A stretch of DNA of 64,000 bases from Schmidtea polychroa (lineage: Eukaryota): the NCBI GenBank assembly GCA_044892525.1, contig CM097887.1, positions 7,812,001 through 7,876,000 of the forward strand, written 5' to 3'. Below the pieces are notes generated by a model that did no database searches, had not been told where the DNA came from, and saw only the letters and a program-made list of their open reading frames with translations. The translations under genes and the position numbers were made by a program. Below are positions 63,693 through 64,000 of the stretch, piece by piece (position 1 is the stretch's first letter; each line of letters begins with the position of its first letter).

Positions 63693-64000
63693 ATCTGTAA
63701 TGATAAAGGGACATTAACACGACTCCCTGTCCATCCAACTACGGGGTTAGTCAAAAACGTCTGAATACACTTTCACCACTCACATTTTAGCATAATATAC
63801 ATTTCACCCAACAGTTCACCCACTCGACAATAGTCTTACGGATTTGATAATTAATACGATAAAAATGGGTAATTTACATTTTATAAATTATATTTAAAGT
63901 TCAATTTTAATGAAATAAATTTAAAGTCACCCTTACTGCTTTAGTAAGTAATACCCTAAAATTGGGTAATTTACATTTTATAAATTAAATTTAAAGTCCG

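Overview
AT-rich animal genomic DNA with six N gaps, many (TAA)n runs and 41-49 bp GT-AG introns. The intron size and a flatworm-style cofilin fragment suggest a planarian or other flatworm (inference only). The window is almost entirely mobile or virus-like DNA. The centrepiece (33.1-44.6 kb) is a symmetrical unit: two intact but strongly diverged protein-primed family-B DNA polymerase genes (Polinton/adintovirus type) pointing away from each other. They are separated by a pair of highly similar ~1.0-1.15 kb inverted arms that end in poly-C/poly-G tracts and flank a non-palindromic minisatellite spacer. I could splice both genes by hand into full-length frames (~1348 aa and ~1236 aa) using nine GT-AG introns, all phase 1. 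No capsid, ATPase, protease or integrase gene was recognisable inside the unit. Elsewhere are a third pPolB remnant, a Polinton-type integrase remnant, two BCL-2-like genes, AP-1/CRE site arrays and two unknown GC-rich ORF families (2 and 4 copies) that each start right behind a splice acceptor. There are also cofilin-RACK1 and HSP70 fragments beside a shared hairpin motif, a Gypsy-type 3' LTR with PPT, MULE, hAT, piggyBac and Tc1-like relics, and one probable host secreted-protein gene. All alignments and identities were done by eye and no database search was run.
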